Assembly: GCA_963662655.2 (NCBI GenBank) | Contig: CAXXTU010000002.1 | Location: forward strand, 1,632,001-1,696,000 | Direction: 5' to 3' | Source of the DNA: Candidatus Cloacimonadales bacterium | GTDB taxonomy: Bacteria > Cloacimonadota > Cloacimonadia > Cloacimonadales > JAIOQZ01 | Length of the DNA stretch: 64,000 nucleotides | Shown here: one piece after another, positions 19,460 through 29,772 of the stretch | Numbering within the stretch: the first letter of the stretch is position 1 | How the letters are laid out: each line of letters begins with the position of its first letter | Notes under the pieces: generated by a model | Database searches by the model: none | Told to the model about the DNA's origin: nothing | The model's input: only the letters and a program-made list of their open reading frames with translations | Made by a program: the position numbers and the translations under genes

Positions 19460-20755
19460 TTATTCTTCTCTGACGATGGGAATCATGGAGATGTCAACCG
19501 ATTCCCTCATCGGATTTCCGGCCGGATCGCAGGTCTTTTTACCAATGGTAAGGACGTAGGTATTGTAGTTGGTCAGTGTTGATTCCGGTCGGAGCACAAA
19601 CCGGCTCGAATTGCCCTCGACGATCTCGACCCCGATGCTTTCTCCGGTTTCCACGGATCGCATGGTGAGATCGATATTGTCGGATAGAATCATCTCGGAG
19701 AACTTGATCTCGATATCGGGCATGCGAGTTTCGATCGAGGTGCCGTTGCGGGGAACTGTGTACAGCACTCGCGGGGCAGTAGTATCCGCATGCGCAACGC
19801 CCTGATAGAAGATCGAGTCGATCTCGGAGTAGTTTTCTTTGAAATCTACCAGATTTCGGATATCGAGCTTGTATTTGAGCGTATCATGAACCGCGGTGAG
19901 TATGTGAAGCGTATCCTCGAAGACATTGTACTGGATAATCGGCAGCTCCGAATTCAGAGAATCCTGCGCCGTGATGCGAATCGATCCGATCGATTTCGGC
20001 ACTTCCGAGAAGAAGGCTATCAGTTGCGTACCGGAAAGCGTTTTCACATCTCGCAGTGAGGGAGCCAGGCTGTCCTCGTACGCCATTTGCCAAGTGAGTA
20101 CCTGATTCTTTTCAAGTTCGACCTCGCTGCGGAAATAGGGTTCCTCTCCGTAGTTGTAGGAGTTGTTACCGGTAAGGTCGATGTATGACTCGATGATGTA
20201 CTTGCCCGGATTCAGGTTATCGAGAATGTAGTTATCGCCGGTTATTACTTGCTTAAAAACGTTAACCGTATCGGCGTCGAAAAGCGAGAATTGAATATCT
20301 TTTCCCGCGTCGGCAGCAGATTCGTATTCGATGTCGCCGGAAAGTCGCATCCGCTGTAATTCACCGCTGGCAAAGGTGAACAGATAGTCCTTATCGAGTG
20401 TGTTACCGTGCATCCCCTTGATGTTCTGGCTGAACATTAAATAGTAGTTCGTGTTTTCTTCCAGGCGTTCGTAGATACGAATCTGGACGGTATTGTCGTC
20501 CGTCCACCTGTATTTCTTCTGAAGGATCGTAGGGTAGATATGGATTCCGGTCAGGATCGTTGCACGGTCGATGGGCTTGGAAAACGTCACTTCGATTCTG
20601 CCGCCGGAGATCGATTCGAACTCACCGGGATCAACGTTCACCAACTCCGGCTTCACGGTGTCCTTGGGGCCTCCGGAAGGCTCCTTCTCGCTCCCGCAAC
20701 AACACAGGAAAATCGCCATTGCAATAACAAGCAGCAGACTAAAAACCTTTCTCAA
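19460..20755 (-). CDS. Ig-like (Big_5-type) domain lipoprotein
   Basis: Probable TTG start overlapping the ribE end; lipoprotein-type signal peptide; PSGGPKDT..P motif and repeated DTxxP Ig modules. Confidence 0.78.
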   Translation of the reverse strand: MRKVFSLLLVIAMAIFLCCCGSEKEPSGGPKDTVKPELVNVDPGEFESISGGRIEVTFSKPIDRATILTGIHIYPTILQKKYRWTDDNTVQIRIYERLEENTNYYLMFSQNIKGMHGNTLDKDYLFTFASGELQRMRLSGDIEYESAADAGKDIQFSLFDADTVNVFKQVITGDNYILDNLNPGKYIIESYIDLTGNNSYNYGEEPYFRSEVELEKNQVLTWQMAYEDSLAPSLRDVKTLSGTQLIAFFSEVPKSIGSIRITAQDSLNSELPIIQYNVFEDTLHILTAVHDTLKYKLDIRNLVDFKENYSEIDSIFYQGVAHADTTAPRVLYTVPRNGTSIETRMPDIEIKFSEMILSDNIDLTMRSVETGESIGVEIVEGNSSRFVLRPESTLTNYNTYVLTIGKKTCDPAGNPMRESVDISMIPIVREE

Positions 20756-21371
20756 GCAACCACTCCTCTGTAATTCCCGTAGACTTCCTCTCGAAATATC
20801 TCGCGATGTATTTCCCCAGGACATCGTACTCGACGTTGATCGAATCTCCCGTCTTCAAGCTGCGCAGATTGGTCGATTGCAGGGTGTGCCCGATCAGAGC
20901 GACCGTCAACGAATGCGTCGAGAGACGCGCGACGGTCAGGCTGACGCCGTTCAGCGCGACCGATCCCTGTGGAACAATCAGCTTCTGCGAGTCCTGCGGA
21001 AGCTCGACCTCCAGATAGAGGGTGTCCCCCTCGGTTCGCGTCGCAAGGACTCTGGATACGCCATCGACATGTCCCTGAACGATGTGACCGTCGAACCGTC
21101 CGCCTGCCTGCATGGCACGTTCAAGGTTGATCGGAGCGCCCTGTTTCCAGCCAATCGCCGTTGTCTTGAGCAGGGTTTCCTGCATCGCTTCCAGCGTGAT
21201 GCTGCGGTCGTCGAACCGGATCACCGTAAGGCATGCGCCGTTGCAAGCAACGCTGTCGCCAATCTTCAACTGCCGATTGACGAGCTTGCAGTCGATCGTA
21301 AAAAAACGTTTCGCACCGCGATTCTCTATACGAGCAATCGCGCCGGTCTCCTCGATGATCCCTGTAAACAT
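20739..21371 (-). CDS. ribE: riboflavin synthase (alpha chain)
   Basis: MFTGII, GDSVACNGACLTV, NLERA, GHIVQGHVD, GSVALNGVSLTV. Confidence 0.96.
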   Translation of the reverse strand: MFTGIIEETGAIARIENRGAKRFFTIDCKLVNRQLKIGDSVACNGACLTVIRFDDRSITLEAMQETLLKTTAIGWKQGAPINLERAMQAGGRFDGHIVQGHVDGVSRVLATRTEGDTLYLEVELPQDSQKLIVPQGSVALNGVSLTVARLSTHSLTVALIGHTLQSTNLRSLKTGDSINVEYDVLGKYIARYFERKSTGITEEWLLEKGF

Positions 21372-21967
21372 CAATCCATCCTGAACCTGCGCTTGAACGC
21401 GTTGCTCAGCGTCACCGGACTGGTATACTCCAGATCGCCGCCGAACGGAATGCCGGTCGAAAGCCTCGTTATGCCGATGTCCCGGCTTTTGAGAATCGTC
21501 GCGATGTATTCCATGGTCGCCTCGCCCTCCGTGGAGGGATTCAGCGCGAGAATCACCTCATCCGGCTGCATCTGTTCAAGATAGCGCATCAGCCCGGGGA
21601 TATGAATCTCATCGGGCCCGATCCCCTCGATCGGCGAGAGAAGCTTGCCCAGGACGAAATACCTGCCCCGGAATTCATGCAATCGTTCGATCGCCAGCAC
21701 ATCCGCCGCTGTCTCGACAATGCACAAACGCGCGTCCTCCCGCGAGGGATCGGTGCAGTACGCGCACGGATCGCTCTGGGTGAGCATGTTACACCGGCTG
21801 CATGTGGTGATGGATTCAACCGCCTCGCGAATGCTTCCCGCTAGTTCCAACGCGTTTTCACGTGAACCGCTGACCAACTGCAACGCCATGCGCTGCGCGG
21901 TCCGGCTCCCGATTCCGGGTAATTTCTTGAGGTTGTCGACCAGTGATTTCAGGATGCTTTCGAGCAT
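21371..21967 (-). CDS. recR: recombination mediator RecR
   Basis: LPGIG.RTAQR, C4 zinc finger, CIVE, EVILALNP.TEGEAT, G.LEY. Confidence 0.96.
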   Translation of the reverse strand: MLESILKSLVDNLKKLPGIGSRTAQRMALQLVSGSRENALELAGSIREAVESITTCSRCNMLTQSDPCAYCTDPSREDARLCIVETAADVLAIERLHEFRGRYFVLGKLLSPIEGIGPDEIHIPGLMRYLEQMQPDEVILALNPSTEGEATMEYIATILKSRDIGITRLSTGIPFGGDLEYTSPVTLSNAFKRRFRMD

Positions 21968-21969
21968 GA

Positions 21970-22296
21970 TCAGAAGAGGCCAGGGATATTCATTCCGCCG
22001 GTGAGTTTTGACATCTCGCTTTCGCTGCTGCGGGAGATTTTTTCCACGCATTCGCGGAAAGCTGCGATAATAAGGTCCTCGAGCATCTCGACATCATCGG
22101 GATCAACGGCTTCCGGATCAATTTTCAGCGTCTTCAATTCGTATTTACCGTTCATCACGACGGTCACCATGCCGCCGCCGGATGTCGCCTCAACCTCGCG
22201 ATTCGCCAACTCTTCCTGCGCCTTCATGAGGTCTTGCTGCATCTTCTTCGCCTGCTTCATCAGGTCGTTCATACCTTTTTTTCCACCAGGAAACAT
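21970..22296 (-). CDS. ybaB: YbaB/EbfC nucleoid-associated protein
   Basis: MKQAKKMQ, SGGGMVTV, DVEMLEDLI, IPGLF; upstream of recR. Confidence 0.95.
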   Translation of the reverse strand: MFPGGKKGMNDLMKQAKKMQQDLMKAQEELANREVEATSGGGMVTVVMNGKYELKTLKIDPEAVDPDDVEMLEDLIIAAFRECVEKISRSSESEMSKLTGGMNIPGLF

Positions 22297-22359
22297 GATT
22301 TTCTCCTTGTATAATGATGAGTTTAGATTGATTTATATAGAAATTCTGTCAACCGTTAT

Positions 22360-23013
22360 TCAATCCGACAAGTTCAGTATCTCGATAGCCCGATCTACGA
22401 TGATTTCGGCACCGGCCTGCCTCAGGGCGTCTTTCGTACAAAATCCCCATGACACGCCAACCGGCAGAATCCCAGCGTTCAGCGCCGTTTGGATATCCAC
22501 ATGCATATCACCCACATACGCCGCCTTCTCCCGTGATATCCCCATCTGCTCGATCATGTGAAGCGTGCTGGCGGGATCCGGCTTGGCAGGAAATCCCTTG
22601 TGGTGCCCCATCACGAATGTGAAGGGGTGCTCCGGGAAGAAATGTCGCACCATCTCACGGGTAAAATCGTCCGGCTTATTGGACAATACACAGGTCTTTA
22701 CGCCCCTTTCGCGGAGCTTTGCGAGAAGCTCTTCGATTCCGGGATAGATAACCGTCTCACCAGCCCAGCCTTTGGCGTAGTTCACGCGGAATTTCTCGAC
22801 GATCCGCGCCACATTCTCATCGTCTCGATTCGCCTGTGGCAGCGCGGCCCTCACCAATTCAAAAACACCATTTCCAACAAATCCGCGGAAGGCCTCCACC
22901 GAGTGGGTCTGTAAGCCTTCCTCGATAAACGCAAGGTTAAGGCTGTTCGCGATATCCGCAAGCGTGTCCAGCAGCGTCCCGTCCAGATCGAATAGCATTG
23001 CCTCGATGCTCAT
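22360..23013 (-). CDS. HAD family hydrolase (phosphoglycolate phosphatase-like)
   Basis: FDLDGTLLDT, SNK, KPDP, YVGD..VD, WGF. Confidence 0.9.
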   Translation of the reverse strand: MSIEAMLFDLDGTLLDTLADIANSLNLAFIEEGLQTHSVEAFRGFVGNGVFELVRAALPQANRDDENVARIVEKFRVNYAKGWAGETVIYPGIEELLAKLRERGVKTCVLSNKPDDFTREMVRHFFPEHPFTFVMGHHKGFPAKPDPASTLHMIEQMGISREKAAYVGDMHVDIQTALNAGILPVGVSWGFCTKDALRQAGAEIIVDRAIEILNLSD

Positions 23014-23015
23014 CG

Positions 23016-24311
23016 TCAAACCTCTTCTTTCGAGAACATCCCGGAAGCGAGTACCTCGGAAATAGTGTAAAGCGACCCGGTAATGATCACGATATCGTCG
23101 TCGCTTGCCTCGGTCAAAGCCATTTTCACGGCATTGAGAACCCCGTCGGCAACATCGAACGACGTCGCCTTTTCACGGGCAACGGCTGCCTGCTCCTCGA
23201 CATCCGCCGCGCGTTCCGACTGATTCTTCGTAATGATCAACCGGTCCGCAATAGTACATATATCCTCGATCATCCTGTCCAATTTCTTGTCGCGCAAGAT
23301 CGCCGTCACGAAGAGCAGTCGCTTGCCGGGGAACATCACTTTCACGTTCTCGACCAGGGCCTTCACGCCCTCTTCGTTATGTGCGCCGTCGATGATCACG
23401 GTGGGATCCCGGTGAAGAATCTGCATGCGCCCCATCCAGTTGACCTGCATCAGCGCCTGACGAATCTTCTCCGTATCAAACGCGAGCTCCCGCCGATTCA
23501 TGTACGTGATGAACGCTGTAATCGCCGTTGCCGCGTTATTCGCCTGATGCTGCCCCAAAAGATTCACGCAAACGTCCCGCAGCTCGATGCCAAGCTTGTC
23601 GCAACGATAGTCGAACCACGTTCCCGCAGAATCCATGCGGACGTTCCCGACCGTGAAATCCTCGCCAAATCGCAGAACAAGCGACTTCTTTTCTTCGGCA
23701 ACATCCAGGATGACCTTCGCCGCCTGCTCGGGCATGCGTCCCATTACGAGCGGGGTTCCTTCCTTCAGGATGCCGGCCTTCTCGTAGGCGATCTTCTCGA
23801 TGGAATCGCCCAGGCTCTTGGGATGATCAATCGATATACCGGTGATCACACTCACCGTACTCTGGAAAGGATTGGTTCCGTCCAGCCTGCCGCCCAGTCC
23901 GACTTCTATGACGGCGGTATCGAGGCTCAGTTGGTCGAACAGATTGAAGGCCATGGCAGTGCTGATCTCGAAGAACGAGGCTTCGGTCTCATCGAAATCC
24001 TTTTGCCATTTGAAATAGGTTTCCAATAACTGCTGATAGGGGATGTTCTCACCGTTAATGCGGAAGCGCTCACAGAAATCCACCAAATGCGGGGAGGTGT
24101 TCATGCCCGTTGTCTGGCCGTGCGCAAGGGCCATCGCCTCGCACATGGCGGAAACGGAGCCTTTGCCGTTCGTGCCGGCGACGTGGATGCCCTTGAGCCT
24201 CCCTTCCGGCGACCCCATCCTCTCCAGAATGGCATACATGCGGTCTAGCCCCAGCTTTACATTGCTGGAGTGCCGCTGGTATATGGTCTCGAGAAATGTT
24301 TTATAGTCCAT
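23016..24311 (-). CDS. folC: folylpolyglutamate synthase/dihydrofolate synthase
   Basis: HVAGTNGKGS, TSPHL, EVGLGGRLD.TN, DGAHN, TGSLY. Confidence 0.96.
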   Translation of the reverse strand: MDYKTFLETIYQRHSSNVKLGLDRMYAILERMGSPEGRLKGIHVAGTNGKGSVSAMCEAMALAHGQTTGMNTSPHLVDFCERFRINGENIPYQQLLETYFKWQKDFDETEASFFEISTAMAFNLFDQLSLDTAVIEVGLGGRLDGTNPFQSTVSVITGISIDHPKSLGDSIEKIAYEKAGILKEGTPLVMGRMPEQAAKVILDVAEEKKSLVLRFGEDFTVGNVRMDSAGTWFDYRCDKLGIELRDVCVNLLGQHQANNAATAITAFITYMNRRELAFDTEKIRQALMQVNWMGRMQILHRDPTVIIDGAHNEEGVKALVENVKVMFPGKRLLFVTAILRDKKLDRMIEDICTIADRLIITKNQSERAADVEEQAAVAREKATSFDVADGVLNAVKMALTEASDDDIVIITGSLYTISEVLASGMFSKEEV

Positions 24312-24387
24312 CTTTCCTCTATGCTGTATGATAATAAAAAACCTCCAAGCAACGCCTGAAGGTTTTCAAAGATTTTTCCGGGACAAT

Positions 24388-24837
24388 TTATTTGAACTGC
24401 GGAGGAAGCTTGTGATCGGGAAATTCTTTTTCCCAGGGGCAAGTTACGGTGATCTCGATCAGGTTCTTCTTCTCTTCTTCCGGAAGGTATTTCCTTCTTT
24501 CCGGGTCCATGTTCCTGCCTTCTTCCGTCCAGAGTCCCTTAATGATGTATTTGTCGCCTGCTGCTTTTTCAGGGCATTCGAGAACTGCTTCAAGGTATCC
24601 CATACGCTTCAGGTCGGATGTGTCTTCGCTGCCGTCCGCGTTGAATTCGAGGTTGCGTTCGATCATATAACGTTGAACAGCAAAATAGATTTGTTCCATG
24701 TTCTTCACGCATTGTTCGGATTTCTCTTTCGCTTCGAGATCGTAAAACTGTGGTAGAGCAAGTACGAAGATCATTGCCAGGAACGAGACGATGCTGATCA
24801 CTTTATAGATGCTGAACCCATGGTTGTTATGTAACAT
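24388..24837 (-). CDS. type IV pilin/pseudopilin-like protein
   Basis: Short leader, G|FSIYK then a hydrophobic helix ending ALPQF; C..N, CP and C-terminal CP..H. Confidence 0.6.
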   Translation of the reverse strand: MLHNNHGFSIYKVISIVSFLAMIFVLALPQFYDLEAKEKSEQCVKNMEQIYFAVQRYMIERNLEFNADGSEDTSDLKRMGYLEAVLECPEKAAGDKYIIKGLWTEEGRNMDPERRKYLPEEEKKNLIEITVTCPWEKEFPDHKLPPQFK

Positions 24838-24988
24838 GTTTTCTCCCGCATGATTTTTTCAAAAGTTTTGCCTGTGTGTGTTTCCCGTCAAGTTTTTTAT
24901 CGGGCGTTTTGGTCACAGTCACCATCTCCATTCGCGAACGTTACCGATTCGAGATTATTCTCTATTGGGATCACATTTATGAATCTCC

Positions 24989-25984
24989 CTATCGCAGATG
25001 CAGGATTCGTTTTACGGTTGTGTGATTACTGGTGCTAATTCTTACGAAATAAACACCGCTGGGATGATTCTGAAATTGGATGGTCTGCTGTTGCGTTCCG
25101 ATGTTGGATACATTCCGGCATATTTCTGCGACTTTTCTGCCCCTGACGTTGTAAATGCTGATTTCGACGGTTTGTGGTTTCGCGATTTGGTATTGTATTG
25201 TAGCCGTGTCGTGGGCCGGTTGTGGGAAAATGGCGATAGAAGGATGTTCCGGTTCTGTCTCATCGTCTATCGAGACCCCGTCCCAATAAGTGATTAACAA
25301 CTTAGGCTTGTCCCAATCTACTGCGCTATCAGACGTGATAAACGATACCATATCGGTCAATTCATCATAATCTGTATCGATCTCGAACGCGATCCGGTAC
25401 TGGCTGTTAGTGCGTCCTGATTCGTAATCCTGCAGTACGCAATCCGTAACATTGAGGTAACGATACCCGACTTCTCCATGACTATTGGGTTCACTCATGC
25501 CGGCAGCAGTGATCGTTCCCACATTGTGGGTGAAGGTGTGTTCGTTACCGATATCACCCTTCTCCCAGTCGTCGAACCAAAGTGTATCTCCGTAATCGAT
25601 ATGGCTTAGGATGCAACTGACCGTGTCACCATTTTCAACATTCCATTCGGGAAAAGTGAGTAACCCCGTTCCAGGGCCATAGCCCCAACTCAGCATTTGA
25701 TAAAATCTGATTTGAACATTCGTGATTCCATATCCGGTAGGAACATCAGGCAAAGGAAAGGATACAAAGGAGCGTTGTGCACTATTGGCTGGTAAAGATA
25801 TTGTCTCCTGAATATCTCCAATATGCATTTCGTACGTCCAATCGTTCATGGAGTAAGGATAGCCTTCAGAAGTGTATGCAATAGCACCATCCAGTTCAGG
25901 GTCTGCGTACACGCTATCGACGTAGGTGTGAGCGGAGAGTACTGAGAGGGCAAATATCAGGCTCAGCAGAATCGCGTATTTCAT
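24989..25984 (-). CDS. secreted protein (DNRLRE/CBM96-like module) with T9SS type-A C-terminal domain
   Basis: GGAG RBS, signal peptide MKYAILL; RSFVSF.L, NVT, PKLLITY; tail FPQP...IYNVRGR...SGVYF...KRILHLR. Confidence 0.65.
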   Translation of the reverse strand: MKYAILLSLIFALSVLSAHTYVDSVYADPELDGAIAYTSEGYPYSMNDWTYEMHIGDIQETISLPANSAQRSFVSFPLPDVPTGYGITNVQIRFYQMLSWGYGPGTGLLTFPEWNVENGDTVSCILSHIDYGDTLWFDDWEKGDIGNEHTFTHNVGTITAAGMSEPNSHGEVGYRYLNVTDCVLQDYESGRTNSQYRIAFEIDTDYDELTDMVSFITSDSAVDWDKPKLLITYWDGVSIDDETEPEHPSIAIFPQPAHDTATIQYQIAKPQTVEISIYNVRGRKVAEICRNVSNIGTQQQTIQFQNHPSGVYFVRISTSNHTTVKRILHLR

Positions 25985-26065
25985 TTTCATCTCCATTTCG
26001 CAAGCGCCACTCTTGGGGTTTGTTTTGATTCTGTGACCAATCGAATGGGTAGAGACGGTCCTCAA

Positions 26066-26161
26066 ATGTCGTGCTGAGTGATCGCAAAGCGATCGTATCG
26101 ATGTATTGACATCGTCCGATCCTTCGATACACCCCGATCAATCGGGCTCTCAGGGTGACAT
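26066..26161 (+). repeat. TGTC...GACA-bounded cloverleaf palindrome (REP-like)
   Basis: ATGTCGTGCTGAG/CTCAGGGTGACAT outer stem enclosing GATCGC-AAA-GCGATC, GTATCGA..TCGATAC and CCCGAT-CA-ATCGGG. Confidence 0.7.
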
Positions 26162-26188
26162 AAACATTCGCAATAAACCTGCATCTCA

Positions 26189-29100
26189 CTATTTCAGCAA
26201 CAGCGCTTTTCGCACCGTGTCGATCTGGCCTGTTTGCAACCGGATGAAGTAAACTCCGCTCGATACGGGCTTTTTCTCTTCATTCAATCCTTCCCAGGTA
26301 ATCTTGTGGGCTCCGGCCGGCAGCTTGTCATCCAGAAGTCTTGTCACCTTCTGCCCTTTGATGTTGTAGATATCGATTTTAACATGTCTTACGCCGCTGA
26401 GGGAGAACATGATGTTCGTCTCCGGGTTGAAGGGATTGGGGTAATTCCCGGTAAAGCGGTCCACCTTGGGCGCATCCTGCTCCGCAATACCCTCATCGAT
26501 TCCGGTAATATAATCGCCGGTGCCGAACGCTGGCGCCGACTGATATTCAACCGCGTTTCCCACATCGTCCACCGCGACAATCCTGATATCGACCATGCTG
26601 GAATCGGCCTCGACCATCTCGCTGATATCCGCCTCGAAGGCCTTGCCGAAGACGAAGCTCAGCTCGCTTATCTCCTGCAGGAACGTAATCGGGAATTCCG
26701 TCCAGTCCCCCGTCCCGTGTTCGCGAGCATAGAAGTGAACGTTCTCGTCCGGTACGGATTGGTATTCGTATGTATCGCCGTTTGGTTCGACATCGCATAC
26801 GTCAAACCGGGCGAGCAAGCGCTGCCCACTTTCCAGAATACCCTGCGGGGTGCCGTTTTCGTCCACGAGCGTTATCATGGGAATATATGGAGGCGTCGTG
26901 TCCTCGAGTCTGTTGTCGAACTGGAAGAACACATCGATGTTTCCGGGAACATCGCCGAGGCTGTAATCGCCGTATCTCATTTCCGCCTTGTAGTATCCTG
27001 AAGAGGGCAATTCAAGCTCCATGCCGCCATTGACGCCCGAATACAGAATCTCCCCCGTCTCGTTCGTGACGGTTATTTGAAGATGATTCGCTCCCCCATT
27101 GTATTGCATTCCGCTGCCGCACAATGGCGTACCGGTCAAAGTCATTTCGTTGTTTTTAATTCTGCACAGTGAAACTAGCGTTAAGGGGAAATGTCCAAAG
27201 TAAACGTGCTCGCCAACCGGGTAGCTGGGCTCCAGAGCGGAAATATAACCGTTATCGGCCAGCGACAACCGGTCGTCCAGCAGCTTGAACACAGGAGCCA
27301 GCGCGTAAAAAAAATGATCATTTTCGCTGTTTAAGCTAAAGGAGATCGATGCTCCGTGCTCGCCCGTATAGTCGCCCGTCATCATCACGCGTCCGTTGAA
27401 AACCCCGTTTACGCTGTGGTGGCCGTGATTCTGGCTCACTCCCATATAAAATCCATCGCCCAGGCCATGCCACGAAAACACGGCAGGTGAAACGGGGAAA
27501 TCGCCCCAACCGAAATCAGCGATTGTGAAGTCCCATGTCCGGAAATCCGCCGGATCGTTTACCAGCACCATGTCTCCCATTATCCCATACAGATTATCGA
27601 ATTTTACCATGTGGAAATCGTTTTGAGCATTCCAGTTGCATACACCCGTGTAGATCATGTCAGAAGCAGGGATATCATGCGTGTAAAAGGTTTGGACGTT
27701 GAATCCCGACATGGAATACGTGAAACGGCTGTTTCGCATATTGAATCCCAGGAGATACGATGTATCGCTTCCATATTCGATTGCATCCCCGTTGATATCT
27801 CTGCCATTCAAAACGATTTCATTCATGCCATCCGATTCGGATAACACGTAATGGTTGTATCCCGGATCAGCCTCGATGCCATCCCTGTAGTAAACTCTTG
27901 TGGGACTCCCCGCGATCCGGGCAAAGCTCGAATATTCTCCAGCCGGGACATCGAATTTAATACGGTAATTATCGATTTGAGTGGATTGAAACATGTCGAA
28001 AAGGAAATCGTCATTGAACAGATATAACGAGCCAGGGATTCTATCGAACTCCAGCACAAGCTCCGAAACCTTGGTAATCGTCCAGGGGATTTTCCAGCTT
28101 CGATCCTGGCCATCAACGTTGACCCACCCGGTGAAAAACTCCAGATCATCAACGCTCAACTGCGTGTTGTCGACGGTCAGCACGACCTCGATGTCCTGCG
28201 TTTCTCCCGCCAGAAGCGTCGCAGACGATGGGTCCAGCGATATCTGCAAGGCCGGATGCGGCGATTGAGTCGTGAAACTCACCGCAGCCGTTTCATCCGA
28301 GACATTCTCCACCTGGAGGTTTATCGAAAACTCCGCCTCGACTACAAATTCTCCGCCATAACTCGTCGTATCCGGCTCGAAATTCAGGCAGTCAGGGTTG
28401 AAAAGAATACCGGGATCGACGGCTGCCATAGCATCGACTCTGCCCCCGCCCTGCTGCATGATATCGAGACCGATATCCACCGCGTTGTTGATAAACGCCG
28501 AACGCATCTGATCCGGATTCCAATCCGGATGAAGTTGTTTGATCAACGCCGCGACACCCGCCACGTGCGGAGCAGCCATCGAGGTCCCGCTCATTTCCGC
28601 TACGGTATTTCCGGGATAGGATGAAATAATCCTGTATCCCGGGGCGCATATTTCCGGCTTGATTGCGAAGTCCACCAGATTGGGGCCTTCCGAACTGAAG
28701 TTTGCCAGACTGTCTTCCAGCGTGGTTGCACCTACGGCAACTGCGCTTCGGGCCGAAGCCGGGGATCCAATCGACAATGGATTCCATTGATTGCCTGCCG
28801 CCACGCAGAAAACAATACCCACCACGGAGCCGTGATTCACCGCTTCCGATGCCGGATCGTCAGGAGTACCCCCAGTCGATCCCAGACTCATGTTGACGAC
28901 ATCCACGTGATCAGAAGAGTCGTCATCTCCATCTGGATCCGAGCAGAATTCGATTCCGGCAATCACATCACTTTGATCACCGGAGCCATACTCATCCAAC
29001 ACTCTGACTGCAAGAATCGAAGCATCCGGGGCGACGCCGCGCAGGGTGTCCGAATTCGCGGCGATGATACCGGCCACGTGCGTCCCATGACCATTTTCGT

Positions 29101-29737
29101 CCATGGGATCGTCATTGAAATGATCGAAATTATACCCGCCGATGACTTTGTATGCTGGCCCGATGCCTCCGCCCAAAGCGGGGTGAGTGTAATCGACGCC
29201 CGAATCGATCACGCCCACAACGACGCCCTCGCCGGTTGCGCCGTAATCATCCCAAACCTGATCTGCTCCGATGAACGGAACGCTTTGGTCGAGGCTTGCT
29301 CGGACGGGTTTGTTGCGATGCACCTTCTTCACATAAGGCAAATCGTTGATTTGATTGATGGCCAGACGGGGCACTGTCAGCGACATACCGCAATAGAGCT
29401 TGTAGAAGCTTCTCCCGATCTCGATCGGGGGAACATTGCGGTACTGGCCCTGAATTTCCGATTCGATGATTCGCAGGTCGCTCTCGAACTGGCTGAAGAG
29501 GCTTTGGTAGTGTGCTCGCGAATGTCCTTTCTCACTTACGAACATCGGTTCTTCGGAAAACTCGATGATGATCGAATCGATCCGGGTGAAATCCTCGTAA
29601 TTCGTAAAAGTTGTTCCATTGAATTGCACGACTTCCACGCCGTGATTTTCAGGAAGTTGCAAAAAGTCTTTATCGCCAGTAAAACCGTTGAGCATGATAA
29701 TCGTCAGAATGAAAAGAATTGTAAGAATGCGCCTCAT
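26189..29737 (-). CDS. secreted S8 subtilisin-like (Vpr-type) serine protease with T9SS type-A/FlgD C-terminal domain
   Basis: Triad motifs VIDSG, HGTHVAG, GTSMAAPHVAG; GGAGG RBS before MRRIL; NYPNPFNP...RKALLLK. Confidence 0.92.
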   Translation of the reverse strand: MRRILTILFILTIIMLNGFTGDKDFLQLPENHGVEVVQFNGTTFTNYEDFTRIDSIIIEFSEEPMFVSEKGHSRAHYQSLFSQFESDLRIIESEIQGQYRNVPPIEIGRSFYKLYCGMSLTVPRLAINQINDLPYVKKVHRNKPVRASLDQSVPFIGADQVWDDYGATGEGVVVGVIDSGVDYTHPALGGGIGPAYKVIGGYNFDHFNDDPMDENGHGTHVAGIIAANSDTLRGVAPDASILAVRVLDEYGSGDQSDVIAGIEFCSDPDGDDDSSDHVDVVNMSLGSTGGTPDDPASEAVNHGSVVGIVFCVAAGNQWNPLSIGSPASARSAVAVGATTLEDSLANFSSEGPNLVDFAIKPEICAPGYRIISSYPGNTVAEMSGTSMAAPHVAGVAALIKQLHPDWNPDQMRSAFINNAVDIGLDIMQQGGGRVDAMAAVDPGILFNPDCLNFEPDTTSYGGEFVVEAEFSINLQVENVSDETAAVSFTTQSPHPALQISLDPSSATLLAGETQDIEVVLTVDNTQLSVDDLEFFTGWVNVDGQDRSWKIPWTITKVSELVLEFDRIPGSLYLFNDDFLFDMFQSTQIDNYRIKFDVPAGEYSSFARIAGSPTRVYYRDGIEADPGYNHYVLSESDGMNEIVLNGRDINGDAIEYGSDTSYLLGFNMRNSRFTYSMSGFNVQTFYTHDIPASDMIYTGVCNWNAQNDFHMVKFDNLYGIMGDMVLVNDPADFRTWDFTIADFGWGDFPVSPAVFSWHGLGDGFYMGVSQNHGHHSVNGVFNGRVMMTGDYTGEHGASISFSLNSENDHFFYALAPVFKLLDDRLSLADNGYISALEPSYPVGEHVYFGHFPLTLVSLCRIKNNEMTLTGTPLCGSGMQYNGGANHLQITVTNETGEILYSGVNGGMELELPSSGYYKAEMRYGDYSLGDVPGNIDVFFQFDNRLEDTTPPYIPMITLVDENGTPQGILESGQRLLARFDVCDVEPNGDTYEYQSVPDENVHFYAREHGTGDWTEFPITFLQEISELSFVFGKAFEADISEMVEADSSMVDIRIVAVDDVGNAVEYQSAPAFGTGDYITGIDEGIAEQDAPKVDRFTGNYPNPFNPETNIMFSLSGVRHVKIDIYNIKGQKVTRLLDDKLPAGAHKITWEGLNEEKKPVSSGVYFIRLQTGQIDTVRKALLLK

Positions 29738-29772
29738 AGAATACCTCCCTGCAAAGCCCCGGGGCAAGTCAA

